Shown here: positions 29,657 to 39,703 of the stretch, piece after piece
Layout of the letters: every line of letters starts with the position of its first letter
Numbering within the stretch: the stretch's first letter is position 1
Source: a virus
Lineage: Duplodnaviria; Caudoviricetes
IMG/VR virus record: IMGVR_UViG_3300026077_000001
DNA: 64,000 nt
Direction: 5' to 3' (one strand)
Translations under genes and position numbers: made by a program
Notes under the pieces: model-generated
What the model was told of the DNA's origin: nothing
Databases searched by the model: none
The model's input: only the letters and a program-made list of their open reading frames with translations

Positions 29657-30652
29657 ATGTCGGATGAAACAGTAAAGGCATCTGAAGAACAAACCCAAGA
29701 GGTCACCGAAGCTAAGTTCGACGGTGCCGTTGCTGATGGTTCTTCACTCGGATCAGTCGAAGTTCTCGGTGGACCTACACCTCAGAACTCAAAGCCTGAT
29801 GATGAGAGCAACAAGATTAAGACACCAACTCAGACTCAAGCGTCTGCACCTAAGACAAAACCATCTGCTGCAAGCAGCAAGAAGGCTGAGTCTGTAGAAG
29901 CAGAGAATGCTGATGGTGAACAGTTAATCGAGATCGATGTATCTCAAGATGTTGCAGCATTAACCGAAGGAGAAGAACTCTCCGAAGAGTTCAAGACTAA
30001 AGCAGCAACAATCTTCGAAGCTGCAGTCGTCTCTCGCCTCAATGAGGAACTTGAGAAAGTACACGAAGAGTACACCAAGTCCTTAACAGAGGAAATCCAA
30101 ATTGTTAAGACTGAATTGGCCGAGAAGGTCGATGAATATCTAACCTATGCAGTTCAAGGTTGGATGGACAATAACAAACTCGCAGTTGATACTGGTCTCA
30201 AAGCAGAGATCGCTGAGAGTGTTGTAGACGGTCTTAAAAAAGTTTTCGTCGAGAACCATATTGAGGTTCCCGAAGAAAAGGCAGATGTTCTTCAATCGAT
30301 GGCATCTGAACTTGATTCAATGGAAGCAAAACTCAACGAGCAAATTGAAAAGAATGTAAGCCTCAACTCTACAGTTGCAGGTTTCGTTAAGAATGGGATT
30401 GTGAGCGAGGTTTCTGAGGGACTAGCATCTACCGAAAAGGAGAAGCTAGCATCTTTATCAGAAGGGGTTGAGTTTGAAGATGAAGAGTCATTCCGCAGCA
30501 AGGTAGAAACTCTGAAGGAGTCGTACTTCTCCAGCAAGCCAGCGAAAGCTGACAGTGAAACCGTTGCAGAAGACGTACAACCAGTTGTGGACAGCGAAAT
30601 CACAGAGTCTATGTCACGTTACGTAGATGCTCTGAAGCGTTTCAAAGCCTAA
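29657..30652 (+). CDS. gp22: Prohead core scaffold gp22
   Basis: LSEEFKTKAATIFEAAV, KVETLKESYF, MSRYVDAL. Confidence 0.95.
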   Translation: MSDETVKASEEQTQEVTEAKFDGAVADGSSLGSVEVLGGPTPQNSKPDDESNKIKTPTQTQASAPKTKPSAASSKKAESVEAENADGEQLIEIDVSQDVAALTEGEELSEEFKTKAATIFEAAVVSRLNEELEKVHEEYTKSLTEEIQIVKTELAEKVDEYLTYAVQGWMDNNKLAVDTGLKAEIAESVVDGLKKVFVENHIEVPEEKADVLQSMASELDSMEAKLNEQIEKNVSLNSTVAGFVKNGIVSEVSEGLASTEKEKLASLSEGVEFEDEESFRSKVETLKESYFSSKPAKADSETVAEDVQPVVDSEITESMSRYVDALKRFKA

Positions 30653-30697
30653 ATGACTAATTGATTAAAACTACTATTTCCAAGGAGAAAAAAAGCA

Positions 30698-32056
30698 ATG
30701 TTCAATTCTGAACAGTTGCAGGAAAAGTGGAACCCCGTACTTGATTGTGATGGACTTGATAGTATCAAGGACAATTACAAGAAAGCGGTCACCGCAGTCC
30801 TGCTCGAAAACCAAGAAAAATTTTTAAGAGAAGAAGCTGGAGTTCTTACAGAAGCAGCTCCAACAGTTAGCACAGCATCAACCTCATCCGTTGCAGGTTT
30901 CAGTGCCACCGCTACTGCCACAGGTCCAAGTGCAGGTTTCGATCCTGTTCTCATTAGCTTGATCAGAAGGTCAATGCCTAAGCTTATTGCTTATGACATT
31001 GCTGGTGTTCAGCCAATGACTGGTCCTACTGGACTTATCTTCGCAATGCGTTCACGTTACGGTACTAACCGTACTGCTGGAACTGAAGCATTCTTCAATG
31101 AAGCAGATTCAGAGTTCTCTGCAGAGAACGCAGCATCAGATCTAGGAAGAACAGCACAAGCTGGATCTAACCCAGGTCTACTTAACGACAGTGGTACTTA
31201 CAATACCTCAACAGGTATGACTACTGCCGAGTCAGAAGCATTAGGTGATGCTGCTGGCAACCAGTTCGCTGAGATGAACTTCAGTATTGAGAAAGTTACT
31301 GTGACTGCTAAGTCCAGAGCCCTCAAAGCTGAGTACTCACTAGAACTAGCTCAAGACCTCAAAGCCGTTCACGGTTTAGACGCTGAGTCAGAACTAGCAA
31401 ACATCCTCTCAACAGAGGTTCTTGCTGAGATCAACAGAGAAGTTGTTCGTACTGTATACAAGGTTGCAAGACCTGGTTCTCAGAACAACACAGCAACTGC
31501 TGGTATCTTCGACTTAGACGTTGACTCCAACGGTAGATGGTCAGTTGAAAAGTTCAAAGGTTTACTTTTCAACATTGAAAGAGATATGAACGCCATCGGG
31601 CACGAAACTCGTCGTGGAAAAGGGAACATACTAATATGTTCTGCTGACGTTGCTTCTGCACTATCAATGGCTGGTGTACTAGATTACACACCTGCTCTTT
31701 CTGGAAACAGCAATCTACTTCCTGATGACAACAGCAGCACACTTGCTGGTACTCTTAACGGAAGAATCAAGGTTTATGTTGACCCTTATTCTGCAAACGT
31801 AAGTGACAGACACTTCTACGTTGCTGGATACAAAGGTGGTTCTGCATATGATGCTGGTTTATTCTACTGCCCATACGTTCCTCTACAGATGGTTCGTGCG
31901 GTTGGTCAGGATACATTCCAACCAAAAATTGGCTTTAAGACCAGATATGGTCTAGTTGCTAACCCATTCGCTGAGGGTACTACTCAAGGTGAAGGTGCAC
32001 TTACTGCCAATGCAAACCGCTACTACAGACGTAGTTTGGTTGACAACCTAATGTAA
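30698..32056 (+). CDS. gp23: Major capsid protein gp23
   Basis: LQEKWNPVL, GVQPMTGPTGLIFAMRS, AKSRALKAEYSLELAQDLKAVHGLDAE, FYCPYVPLQM, FQPKIGFKTRYG. Confidence 0.99.
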   Translation: MFNSEQLQEKWNPVLDCDGLDSIKDNYKKAVTAVLLENQEKFLREEAGVLTEAAPTVSTASTSSVAGFSATATATGPSAGFDPVLISLIRRSMPKLIAYDIAGVQPMTGPTGLIFAMRSRYGTNRTAGTEAFFNEADSEFSAENAASDLGRTAQAGSNPGLLNDSGTYNTSTGMTTAESEALGDAAGNQFAEMNFSIEKVTVTAKSRALKAEYSLELAQDLKAVHGLDAESELANILSTEVLAEINREVVRTVYKVARPGSQNNTATAGIFDLDVDSNGRWSVEKFKGLLFNIERDMNAIGHETRRGKGNILICSADVASALSMAGVLDYTPALSGNSNLLPDDNSSTLAGTLNGRIKVYVDPYSANVSDRHFYVAGYKGGSAYDAGLFYCPYVPLQMVRAVGQDTFQPKIGFKTRYGLVANPFAEGTTQGEGALTANANRYYRRSLVDNLM

Positions 32057-32079
32057 ATCGAAGTTTCGATATACACACA

Positions 32080-32107
32080 AGAGAGACCCTTCGGGGTCTC
32101 TTTTTTT
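32080..32107 (+). terminator. Rho-independent terminator after gp23
   Basis: gagaccc-TTCG-gggtctc followed by T7. Confidence 0.92.
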
Positions 32108-32150
32108 ATGTCATAGCCTAAATATTTGCACTATAATACGGAGTGTGCCA

Positions 32151-32315
32151 ATGACCCATTACAATGTCGGGTATATGGACAACTCACACAATCATCAGGA
32201 AATCTGTGTGACTGCAAGCGATTCCTATGATGCACGAAGCATTGTTCTAGAAGACGTACCATATATCCACGACCACCCGAACTCAATAGATTACATACAG
32301 ACAAATGAACGGTAG
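32151..32315 (+). CDS. 54-aa His-rich microprotein (not in ORF track)
   Basis: MTHYNVGYMDNSHNHQEICVTASDSYDARSIVLEDVPYIHDHPNSIDYIQTNER*. SD ggag at 32140. TAAATA at 32119 and TATAAT at 32132 upstream. Confidence 0.7.
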   Translation: MTHYNVGYMDNSHNHQEICVTASDSYDARSIVLEDVPYIHDHPNSIDYIQTNER

Positions 32316-32469
32316 ATTAGACAAAGTAGCAATGACAAATAGATTAATGCAACTCAAAAGAGAGTTGGATTATAAGTGTGAAATAGGAGAGAAAGGAGAA
32401 TGGGAATGCGTTGGTGCTAACCAAACTCTTAATAGAGTGTTTGATGTTTTAGACGAGTATTGGCAGTGA
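32305..32469 (+). CDS. 54-aa microprotein (not in ORF track)
   Basis: MNGRLDKVAMTNRLMQLKRELDYKCEIGEKGEWECVGANQTLNRVFDVLDEYWQ*. Overlaps the end of the upstream gene and fills the gap to gp3. Confidence 0.7.
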   Translation: MNGRLDKVAMTNRLMQLKRELDYKCEIGEKGEWECVGANQTLNRVFDVLDEYWQ

Positions 32470-32506
32470 CTAAATAGTGGTACGAAGCTGACCACTAATA
32501 TAGTAA

Positions 32507-33076
32507 ATGTCTTTCACTAGTCAAATCTCAAATAGGAATTTCTTATCACCAGGTGGTTTCCGTTTCGTGCTGGCAAAGTTTCCCAAGGTGGCATACTTTG
32601 CACAGTCTGCTAATGTACCAGAAATGTCCGTTAGTTTGGTAGATCAACCAACTCCCTATCGTAGTATCAATTTAGAAGGCACCGTATCCTACGGTGAATT
32701 TAGTCTAACCTTCTTGGTTGATGAAAATATGGAAAACTTTCTCATACTTCATAACTGGATGAGAGCATTGGGTGTACCAGATAACTTTAAAGAGAGACAA
32801 GACTTCATAGAGAATCAACCTATGAATCTTAAAACTAACTACGGTCAGTCTCTAGGTGATCTCAGGTATGCTGATGGTACTCTAGCAATTTTAAATTCAA
32901 ATTTCCAACCACTATATAATGTGAACTTCAAAGACTTAAAACCAACTGCACTAAGTACTTTGGAATTTGATGCTACATTATCTGACCAGGAATACTTCCA
33001 AGCAAGTGTTTCATTTGATTATACATCATACGAGATACAATCACTGGAAGGCACTCGTAAAACTAACTTGAATTAA
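32507..33076 (+). CDS. gp3: Tail tube terminator / tail completion gp3
   Basis: NRNFLSPGGFRF, QSANVP, FLVDENMENFLILHNWM, DLKPTALSTLEFDAT. Late promoter at 32471. Confidence 0.9.
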   Translation: MSFTSQISNRNFLSPGGFRFVLAKFPKVAYFAQSANVPEMSVSLVDQPTPYRSINLEGTVSYGEFSLTFLVDENMENFLILHNWMRALGVPDNFKERQDFIENQPMNLKTNYGQSLGDLRYADGTLAILNSNFQPLYNVNFKDLKPTALSTLEFDATLSDQEYFQASVSFDYTSYEIQSLEGTRKTNLN

Positions 33077-33078
33077 TT

Positions 33079-33273
33079 ATGTTATCTAAGCAAACTGAAG
33101 AGCATCTTAATGATGCTAGTGGCAACGTACGTGCTGCACTTAAATACGCTTCTATTAATGAGAAACCCTTAGTGGTTTCACAACTTGCAAAACTTCTTAG
33201 TGATATAGATCACATCAAGTCGTTCGAACACATTATGGATATTATGGAGGAGCACACAGGTGGCATTACTTGA
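33079..33273 (+). CDS. Hypothetical protein (64 aa)
   Basis: Compact ORF between gp3 and uvsY, in the usual cyanophage position. Confidence 0.65.
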   Translation: MLSKQTEEHLNDASGNVRAALKYASINEKPLVVSQLAKLLSDIDHIKSFEHIMDIMEEHTGGIT

Positions 33274-33682
33274 TGAACTACAAGAGTCTTGGGCAAAAGA
33301 TTGTCTCTTTGATGAACTTGCTTTAGGTGATGAGTCTCTAGTTATACCGAGACTTCATCAAAAATATCACGTGTACTATAATAAGTACAAACTAATTCTT
33401 GAAGAGAAGAAAATAGAACTAGGTATAATCAGGAAACAGAAGTGGTTATATTACAATGGCAAAGGTCCAAACACTAAAGGAGAATATTTTGACCTTAAGG
33501 TTCTTAAGGGAGATCTAAATATCTTCTTGGATAGTGATGAGGATATAGCAAAGCAGACACTAACAATTAAATACTTTGAGACTTGTATAAACTATATTGA
33601 GAACATTCTCAAGATGATAAACAATCGTGGATTCCAAGTGAAGAATGCGATTGATGCAAAGCGGTACGAGTTCCCAGTCTGA
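33260..33682 (+). CDS. uvsY: Recombination mediator UvsY
   Basis: ESLVIPRLHQKY, KWLYYNGK, RGFQVKNAID. Confidence 0.92.
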   Translation: MALLDELQESWAKDCLFDELALGDESLVIPRLHQKYHVYYNKYKLILEEKKIELGIIRKQKWLYYNGKGPNTKGEYFDLKVLKGDLNIFLDSDEDIAKQTLTIKYFETCINYIENILKMINNRGFQVKNAIDAKRYEFPV

Positions 33683-35148
33683 TGACTTCCATTGTTAAAA
33701 AGAATGATGTCTATCTTAGGATAGGTACTGAGCAGCATATTCATCACGAATTGTCTGAATACTTTACCTTCGAAGTTCCTGAAGCAAAGTTCCTACAGCA
33801 ACAGCGTAGGTACAGGAGATGGGATGGTAAGATCCGTCTGTATTCTCCTGGCACTGGTGAATTGTATGTGGGACTATATGGATACCTGGTTGAATGGTTG
33901 GAAAAGATGGGGTACGATTACACCATCGATGATAACGAACAGTTCGGAAAACCAGGAGACACAGATGCAGAAGTTACACCGCAGACAATTGCTCGTTTTG
34001 TTCGATCTCTGGCTATGCCTATCAAGGCAAGAGATTATCAACTCAAAGCAATTTACTCAGCACTTCGTCGATATAGACGGCTTATACTCAGCCCAACTGG
34101 ATCAGGGAAGAGTTTAATAATATATTGTTTGATGAGATGGTACATACAAAGGAACTTAGAAGTCTTAATTATAGTACCAACAACATCATTAGTAGAACAA
34201 TTATATAAAGATTTTCAATCATATGGATTCTATTGTCAAGGGACTGTAGATCAGATCTATGGTGGTAAAGAAAAATATACTAAGTCTCAGGTTATAATTA
34301 GTACGTGGCAGTCAATCTATAAGGAAGACAAGTCATACTTTAAACGTTTCGATGCGGTAATAGGAGATGAAGCACACTTATACAAAGCAAAATCACTTAC
34401 GTCCATTCTTACTAAGTGCCATAACGCTAACTATCGCGTGGGTCTTACTGGTACTCTCGACGGTCTTCAATGCAACCAGTTAGTATTAGAAGGTTTATTT
34501 GGTCCCGTAGAACAAAGTATTAGGACTGCAGACTTACAGAAGTCTTCGTACTTATCAGAATTAAAGATCAACATCCTAGTATGTAAACACGATTACATTG
34601 GATTTGATTCCTATCAGGATGAGATAAATTATATAATAGGAAATAGGAAACGGAATAAAATCATCACTGGATTGGCAAAGGATATCTCTGGAAACACCTT
34701 GATACTATTCAATTTTATCGAGAAGCACGGAGACGTTTTGTGGGAAATGCTAAATAGTAATAACAAATCTAAACATTTGTTTTATATTCACGGTGGTGTA
34801 CCCACTGATGAACGTGAAGAAGTACGACAAATCTGTGAAGCGTCTGACAACGCTATCATCCTTGCTTCGTACGGTACCTTTAGTACGGGTATCAATATCA
34901 AGAACCTACATAATGTTATCTTTGCCTCACCAACTAAATCAAGAGTTCGGAACCTACAATCAATAGGTAGAGCCTTGAGGAAGCACGATTCAAAGGCACG
35001 TGCTACACTTTATGATTTTGCTGATGACATTAGTAATGGTAAGTTTAGAAATTTCACTCTAAACCATTTGACTGAACGGATCCGAATTTATAACGACGAG
35101 AAGTTCACCTACGGCATCACTGAGATTAATTTAGGAGACAAGAAATGA
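33682..35148 (+). CDS. uvsW: SF2 helicase UvsW
   Basis: SPTGSGKS, GDEAH, GLTGT, FSTGINIKNLHN, LQSIGRALR. Confidence 0.97.
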   Translation: MTSIVKKNDVYLRIGTEQHIHHELSEYFTFEVPEAKFLQQQRRYRRWDGKIRLYSPGTGELYVGLYGYLVEWLEKMGYDYTIDDNEQFGKPGDTDAEVTPQTIARFVRSLAMPIKARDYQLKAIYSALRRYRRLILSPTGSGKSLIIYCLMRWYIQRNLEVLIIVPTTSLVEQLYKDFQSYGFYCQGTVDQIYGGKEKYTKSQVIISTWQSIYKEDKSYFKRFDAVIGDEAHLYKAKSLTSILTKCHNANYRVGLTGTLDGLQCNQLVLEGLFGPVEQSIRTADLQKSSYLSELKINILVCKHDYIGFDSYQDEINYIIGNRKRNKIITGLAKDISGNTLILFNFIEKHGDVLWEMLNSNNKSKHLFYIHGGVPTDEREEVRQICEASDNAIILASYGTFSTGINIKNLHNVIFASPTKSRVRNLQSIGRALRKHDSKARATLYDFADDISNGKFRNFTLNHLTERIRIYNDEKFTYGITEINLGDKK

Positions 35149-35594
35149 GTCAATCCCTCAGTTACATTCGACCTGATGAAGAATTCTTCGGAGCTATCAA
35201 GCTTATGAACGGAGAAGAGATCATTGGTAAGATAGTAGTATCTGATGAAGAAGGTGGACATATGGCATTCATTCAAGATCCTGCAAAGGTTCACGCAAAT
35301 GATACTATGTCCGAAGGGAAGAGGGCTGTAGCTGTAGGTCTAAAGAAGTGGATGGTTTTTTCCGCCGAAGATTTTTATATAATACCTGAAGATAGGATCC
35401 TTACAATTGCTCCTCTAAGTACAGAGGCTATAGTAATGTACAAATATTTTATTCAATCTGAATTAAAGTTAAGGCATCCAACAGGTAGATCTACCTCACA
35501 AGAGATCGATCCTGATTTAGGTATGGGACTTATTGGTAAAGTCGATGAGACCCGTAAAAGATTAGAAGATCTATTTAATACAGATAATAGCTAA
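35145..35594 (+). CDS. Conserved hypothetical protein, probable Sm/LSm-like fold
   Basis: AIKLMNGEEIIGKI...LKKWM...IIPEDRILTI pattern. Conserved position before gp55. Confidence 0.65.
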   Translation: MSQSLSYIRPDEEFFGAIKLMNGEEIIGKIVVSDEEGGHMAFIQDPAKVHANDTMSEGKRAVAVGLKKWMVFSAEDFYIIPEDRILTIAPLSTEAIVMYKYFIQSELKLRHPTGRSTSQEIDPDLGMGLIGKVDETRKRLEDLFNTDNS

Positions 35595-35644
35595 GTCTAT
35601 CCCGCCAACCCTGACAGTGTTGAGTCTAACCAAATTTACACAAC

Positions 35645-35673
35645 TTGTCAAGCTACTCCATTTCTGATATAAT
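35645..35673 (+). promoter_or_regulatory. Sigma70-type promoter for gp55
   Basis: TTGTCA (35645-35650), 17 nt, TATAAT (35668-35673). Confidence 0.8.
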
Positions 35674-35698
35674 TCTGTTATGCAACAACCTGTTAAAT

Positions 35699-36184
35699 AT
35701 GGCATTTATGGTGGCGAGAAAAAATACCAAAAATCAACATTACGTCGATAACCAAAAGTTCCTAAAGGCAATAGTGGCTTATCGTGACAAGGTTGAATTG
35801 GCTAAAATTAGGGACAAAAAGAAACCTAGGATAGATGAATACATAGGTGATTGCTTTTTAAAGATAGCAACACATTTGTCTTATCGTCCTAACTTTATCA
35901 ACTATATGTACAAGGAGGATATGATCTCAGACGGTGTAGAGAACTGTGTACAGTACATAGATAACTTCGACCCTGCTAAGTCTAAGAACCCCTTCGCATA
36001 TTTTACACAGATAGTATACTATGCCTTCCTAAGAAGAATTGCTAAAGAGAAAAGACAGATGGATATAAAGGATAAGATTATAGAGAAGAGTGGATTCGAT
36101 CAAGTATTCCATTCAGATGATCCCTCTGCTAATGCAGAACTCAGTGGCATCAAGTCACGTATTGAAATGAACACTCGCTATTAA
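35699..36184 (+). CDS. gp55: Late-transcription sigma factor gp55 (start revised to ATG 35699 or 35708)
   Basis: HYVDNQKFL, IATHLSYRPNFINYMYKEDMISDG, NPFAYFTQIVYYAFLRRI. Confidence 0.96.
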   Translation: MAFMVARKNTKNQHYVDNQKFLKAIVAYRDKVELAKIRDKKKPRIDEYIGDCFLKIATHLSYRPNFINYMYKEDMISDGVENCVQYIDNFDPAKSKNPFAYFTQIVYYAFLRRIAKEKRQMDIKDKIIEKSGFDQVFHSDDPSANAELSGIKSRIEMNTRY

Positions 36185-36255
36185 ACTATGTGGTACACTT
36201 TATTTTGGACGGTGATTATTATGTACGCACTTATAAGAGTGGGGGTCTTTAGAAA

Positions 36256-36435
36256 ATGAGACTAACCCAAGAAGTTATTGACAAGATTGCAGTTGCAATG
36301 CAACACACCAAAATGAATGGTGATGTTAACTGGAAGGACGGTGATGAGATTGATGTGTGTCTTGGTGGCACATTTGCAGGAGATAAGTTTATCTCTATCA
36401 TAAACAGAACACGTAGCAACACTACTAAACGATGA
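36256..36435 (+). CDS. 59-aa hypothetical protein (not in ORF track)
   Basis: MRLTQEVIDKIAVAMQHTKMNGDVNWKDGDEIDVCLGGTFAGDKFISIINRTRSNTTKR*. ATGA overlap with the 36432 gene. Confidence 0.75.
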   Translation: MRLTQEVIDKIAVAMQHTKMNGDVNWKDGDEIDVCLGGTFAGDKFISIINRTRSNTTKR

Positions 36436-36707
36436 GTGAATTTGCAATTGATATTGATAAGGCACTAGAGAATGCCAAGAAGACAGACCTTAATGGATTT
36501 GCAAAGAATACATATCCTGATGGTCTGGGATCTGTTAGAGCAGCAGTAGAGAATGCTGAAATGTTATGTGGATTAGATAAGAATACTATGCAAGAACTAC
36601 TTAAAGGTGAGTGGACACAGTTGACTACTTCCAACTCAACTGGTAGAATGTCTAAGAAGATTGTAATCGAGTATGACATCAAACAAAAAACTGCTGCTGA
36701 TAACTGA
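36432..36707 (+). CDS. Hypothetical protein (91 aa)
   Basis: Coupled to neighbours. Ends SSTGRMSKKIVIEY-like (NSTGRMSKKIVIEYD). Confidence 0.65.
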   Translation: MSEFAIDIDKALENAKKTDLNGFAKNTYPDGLGSVRAAVENAEMLCGLDKNTMQELLKGEWTQLTTSNSTGRMSKKIVIEYDIKQKTAADN

Positions 36708-37731
36708 TCAGCACTTTGGTGTACGCAACGACAATCAAGTATTCATAGAGAAGTACAGGGAGTTCTATACCAATACAGTCATACCATATATCAAGAGACA
36801 CAAGATCACAACTGTGATGTGTCTTGGAGATTCCTTTGATAAGAGAAAGGCTATAAATTTTTTGTCGCTTGAATCTGCTAGAGAGATGTGGTTCGATCCT
36901 CTCAAAGAGATGGGTGTCCAGATGCATATGTTGATAGGCAATCACGACATATACTATAAGAACACACTTAAAATTAATTCACCTCAGCACCTCCTAGGTG
37001 AATATGACAATATAAAAATCTACACAGAACCAGAAGAGATTGAAGTTGAAGGTGTTAGAATATTAATGCTGCCTTGGATTTGTGACGATAATAGAAAGCA
37101 AATAGATCAGATGGTTGAAGAGTCAGATGCACCAGTATGCTTTGGGCATCTAGAACTAACAGGATTTGAAGCTATACCAGGTAGGTTTATGGAGCACGGT
37201 GATGATCCATCACCTTATAATAAGTTTAAGTTATGTTGCTCAGGACACTTCCATATGAAGTCAAAGCAAGGTAACATCAACTATCTCGGCAATCCGTACC
37301 AATTATACTGGAATGATTACGGTCAGAGAAGAGGGTTCCATACACTAAATACTGATACACTTAACTTAACATTTCATCTTAACCCTTATCAAATCTTTAA
37401 CAAATTATATTATGATGATGTTCAGAAGGACTATGAAACCTTACCTGACTTCACTAAGTTAAAGGGATCTTATGTAAAGGTAATCGTACAGAATAGAGAG
37501 AACCAAGTATGGTTTGATCGCTATATTAAATCACTTCAAGATAGTGATGTTGCTGATCTAAAAATCATTGAGGATCTATCATTGGATATGGTTGATGTGG
37601 ATGAAAATCTTGAGACAGAAGATACGATTACTATCTTAGAGAATTATGTACAGGACTTGGAAGATTCTATAGACAAGACTAACGTAGTGAATATTTTGAA
37701 ATCGTTGTACACGGAAGCACTCAATCTTTAA
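36673..37731 (+). CDS. gp47: Recombination endonuclease subunit gp47 (Mre11/SbcD-like)
   Basis: ITDQHFG, LGDSFD, IGNHD, FGHLEL, SGHFH, YLGNPYQL. Confidence 0.96.
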   Translation: MTSNKKLLLITDQHFGVRNDNQVFIEKYREFYTNTVIPYIKRHKITTVMCLGDSFDKRKAINFLSLESAREMWFDPLKEMGVQMHMLIGNHDIYYKNTLKINSPQHLLGEYDNIKIYTEPEEIEVEGVRILMLPWICDDNRKQIDQMVEESDAPVCFGHLELTGFEAIPGRFMEHGDDPSPYNKFKLCCSGHFHMKSKQGNINYLGNPYQLYWNDYGQRRGFHTLNTDTLNLTFHLNPYQIFNKLYYDDVQKDYETLPDFTKLKGSYVKVIVQNRENQVWFDRYIKSLQDSDVADLKIIEDLSLDMVDVDENLETEDTITILENYVQDLEDSIDKTNVVNILKSLYTEALNL

Positions 37732-37988
37732 TGTTCATATTGTTGGATAAATCAACTGGAGGAGTATATGCAGTCACTGATAAAGGTGGAAATAAAGTGG
37801 TGCAAATTTTTGTTGACAAAGATGACGCAGTGCGTTATTATGGTATGCTAGAAGCAGTTGACTATAAACGTCCACTGGAAGTGACTGAAGTAGAAGAGGA
37901 CATTGTTATAGACAATTGTTCTGTTCACAACTACAACTACGCTTTTATCAATCCTGAAGATCTTGTTATTCCTCCTCTGTCATTATGA
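37731..37988 (+). CDS. Conserved hypothetical protein (85 aa; possibly DUF3110-like)
   Basis: FVDKDDAVRYYGMLE...DLVIPP. Sits between gp47 and gp46. Confidence 0.65.
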   Translation: MFILLDKSTGGVYAVTDKGGNKVVQIFVDKDDAVRYYGMLEAVDYKRPLEVTEVEEDIVIDNCSVHNYNYAFINPEDLVIPPLSL

Positions 37989-39703
37989 TCACATTTGAGA
38001 AGATTCGTTGGAGAAACTTCTTAAGTACAGGCAACCAATTCACTGAGATTAATTTCACCCAAACTAGTTCCACTCTTGTTATTGGATCTAACGGTGCAGG
38101 TAAATCTACTATGTTGGATGCTTTGTGCTTTGGATTGTTTAACAAACCTTTCAGGAAGATCACAAAGTCACAGTTAGTTAATACAATCAACGAGAGAGAT
38201 ACTTTAGTTGAGATAGAATTTAAAGTAGGTACAATAGATTATAAGGTAGTACGTGGAATTAAACCAGCTGTATTTGAGATGTATCGTAATGATACTCTGA
38301 TAGATCAGGATGCTGCTAATAGAGACTACCAGAAATACCTTGAGCAAAGTATATTAAAATTAAACTTTAAGTCATTTACACAGGTGGTCATACTAGGGAG
38401 TAGTACGTTTGTTCCCTTTATGCAATTAGGTGCTAGTCATAGAAGAGAAGTTATTGAAGATCTATTGGACATACAAATCTTTTCCCATATGAATATGCTC
38501 CTGAAGGAGCGTGTAAAGGATAACAATGAGATACTTCGTGATTGCAAGCACGAACTAGAAATGGCTACTGCTGCTATCAAAGCACAGGAGAAGACATTAT
38601 CAAAACTTACTATCGTTAATGATGAGAGAATTGCTCATCAGAAGGAAAGGTTTGATAACAATGAAGAACGAATGAAGACTTTAAAAGAAGAGATCGAAGA
38701 GTTTCAAAAGAAGATTAACAAACTCGTTAACAGCACTACAAAGTTAAAGACAAAGGAAGAAGAATATAAAAAGACCTTTGGTATACTGAGTAAGTTGAAC
38801 GGAAGACAGGAGAGAGTTGTTAAAGATATTAAATTCTTTGACGATAATTCATCTTGTCCTGTATGTACTCAGGAGATTGAAGAGAAATTTAGACAAGTCA
38901 AAGTTAAAACTTTAAACGAAAAGGTTGATGAATTAAATGAAGCAGCAGGTACTCTAGAGAAACAAGTACAGAAGACACTTCAAACGATTGAGAAATTAAG
39001 AGAGGATAGTTCTAATGTAACTGAATATCAATTTGAAATTCGTCGTTTAGTAAACGAAGAACAGAAGTTGATGAAACAGAATACTGGTATTTTATCTCAG
39101 ATCAAAAATTTAACTGATGAGTCAGATCTTAATAAGGAACAGTTACTACTTGAGACATTACAACAAGATTATAATGATAAGGAGACTGCTTGTTCAGGTG
39201 TCAGTAAAGAAGCACAGGACTATAAGTTAGTCGGTAATCTTTTAAAGGATGGTGGTATCAAGGCAAGAATTATTTCTAAGTATATTCCTATCATCAATCA
39301 GAGGATCAATAGGTATCTTACATCAATGGATACCTATATTAATTTTACTTTGAATGAAGAGTTTGGTGAGGTTATTAAGTCACGTTATCGTGATAAGTTC
39401 TCTTACTCATCCTTCTCTGAAGGTGAGAAGCAGAAGATTGACTTATCACTTCTCTTTACTTGGAGACACGTTGCTAAATTAAAGAACTCTATCATTACAA
39501 ATCTATTAATACTTGATGAAGTATTTGATAGTTCACTAGATAATACAGCAACAGAAGAATTACTTAAGATTCTTAAAGAGTTATATACTGATACTAATAT
39601 GTTTATCATCTCCCATAAGGGTGATGTACTTCTAGACAAGTTTGATAGAACTATCAAGTTTGAAAAGGTTAATGAGTTCTCAAAGGTATTTGAAGATGTT
39701 TGA
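37985..39703 (+). CDS. gp46: Recombination endonuclease ATPase gp46 (Rad50/SbcC-like)
   Basis: GSNGAGKS, CPVC zinc hook, SFSEGEKQKIDL, LILDEVFD, ISHK. Confidence 0.97.
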   Translation: MITFEKIRWRNFLSTGNQFTEINFTQTSSTLVIGSNGAGKSTMLDALCFGLFNKPFRKITKSQLVNTINERDTLVEIEFKVGTIDYKVVRGIKPAVFEMYRNDTLIDQDAANRDYQKYLEQSILKLNFKSFTQVVILGSSTFVPFMQLGASHRREVIEDLLDIQIFSHMNMLLKERVKDNNEILRDCKHELEMATAAIKAQEKTLSKLTIVNDERIAHQKERFDNNEERMKTLKEEIEEFQKKINKLVNSTTKLKTKEEEYKKTFGILSKLNGRQERVVKDIKFFDDNSSCPVCTQEIEEKFRQVKVKTLNEKVDELNEAAGTLEKQVQKTLQTIEKLREDSSNVTEYQFEIRRLVNEEQKLMKQNTGILSQIKNLTDESDLNKEQLLLETLQQDYNDKETACSGVSKEAQDYKLVGNLLKDGGIKARIISKYIPIINQRINRYLTSMDTYINFTLNEEFGEVIKSRYRDKFSYSSFSEGEKQKIDLSLLFTWRHVAKLKNSIITNLLILDEVFDSSLDNTATEELLKILKELYTDTNMFIISHKGDVLLDKFDRTIKFEKVNEFSKVFEDV

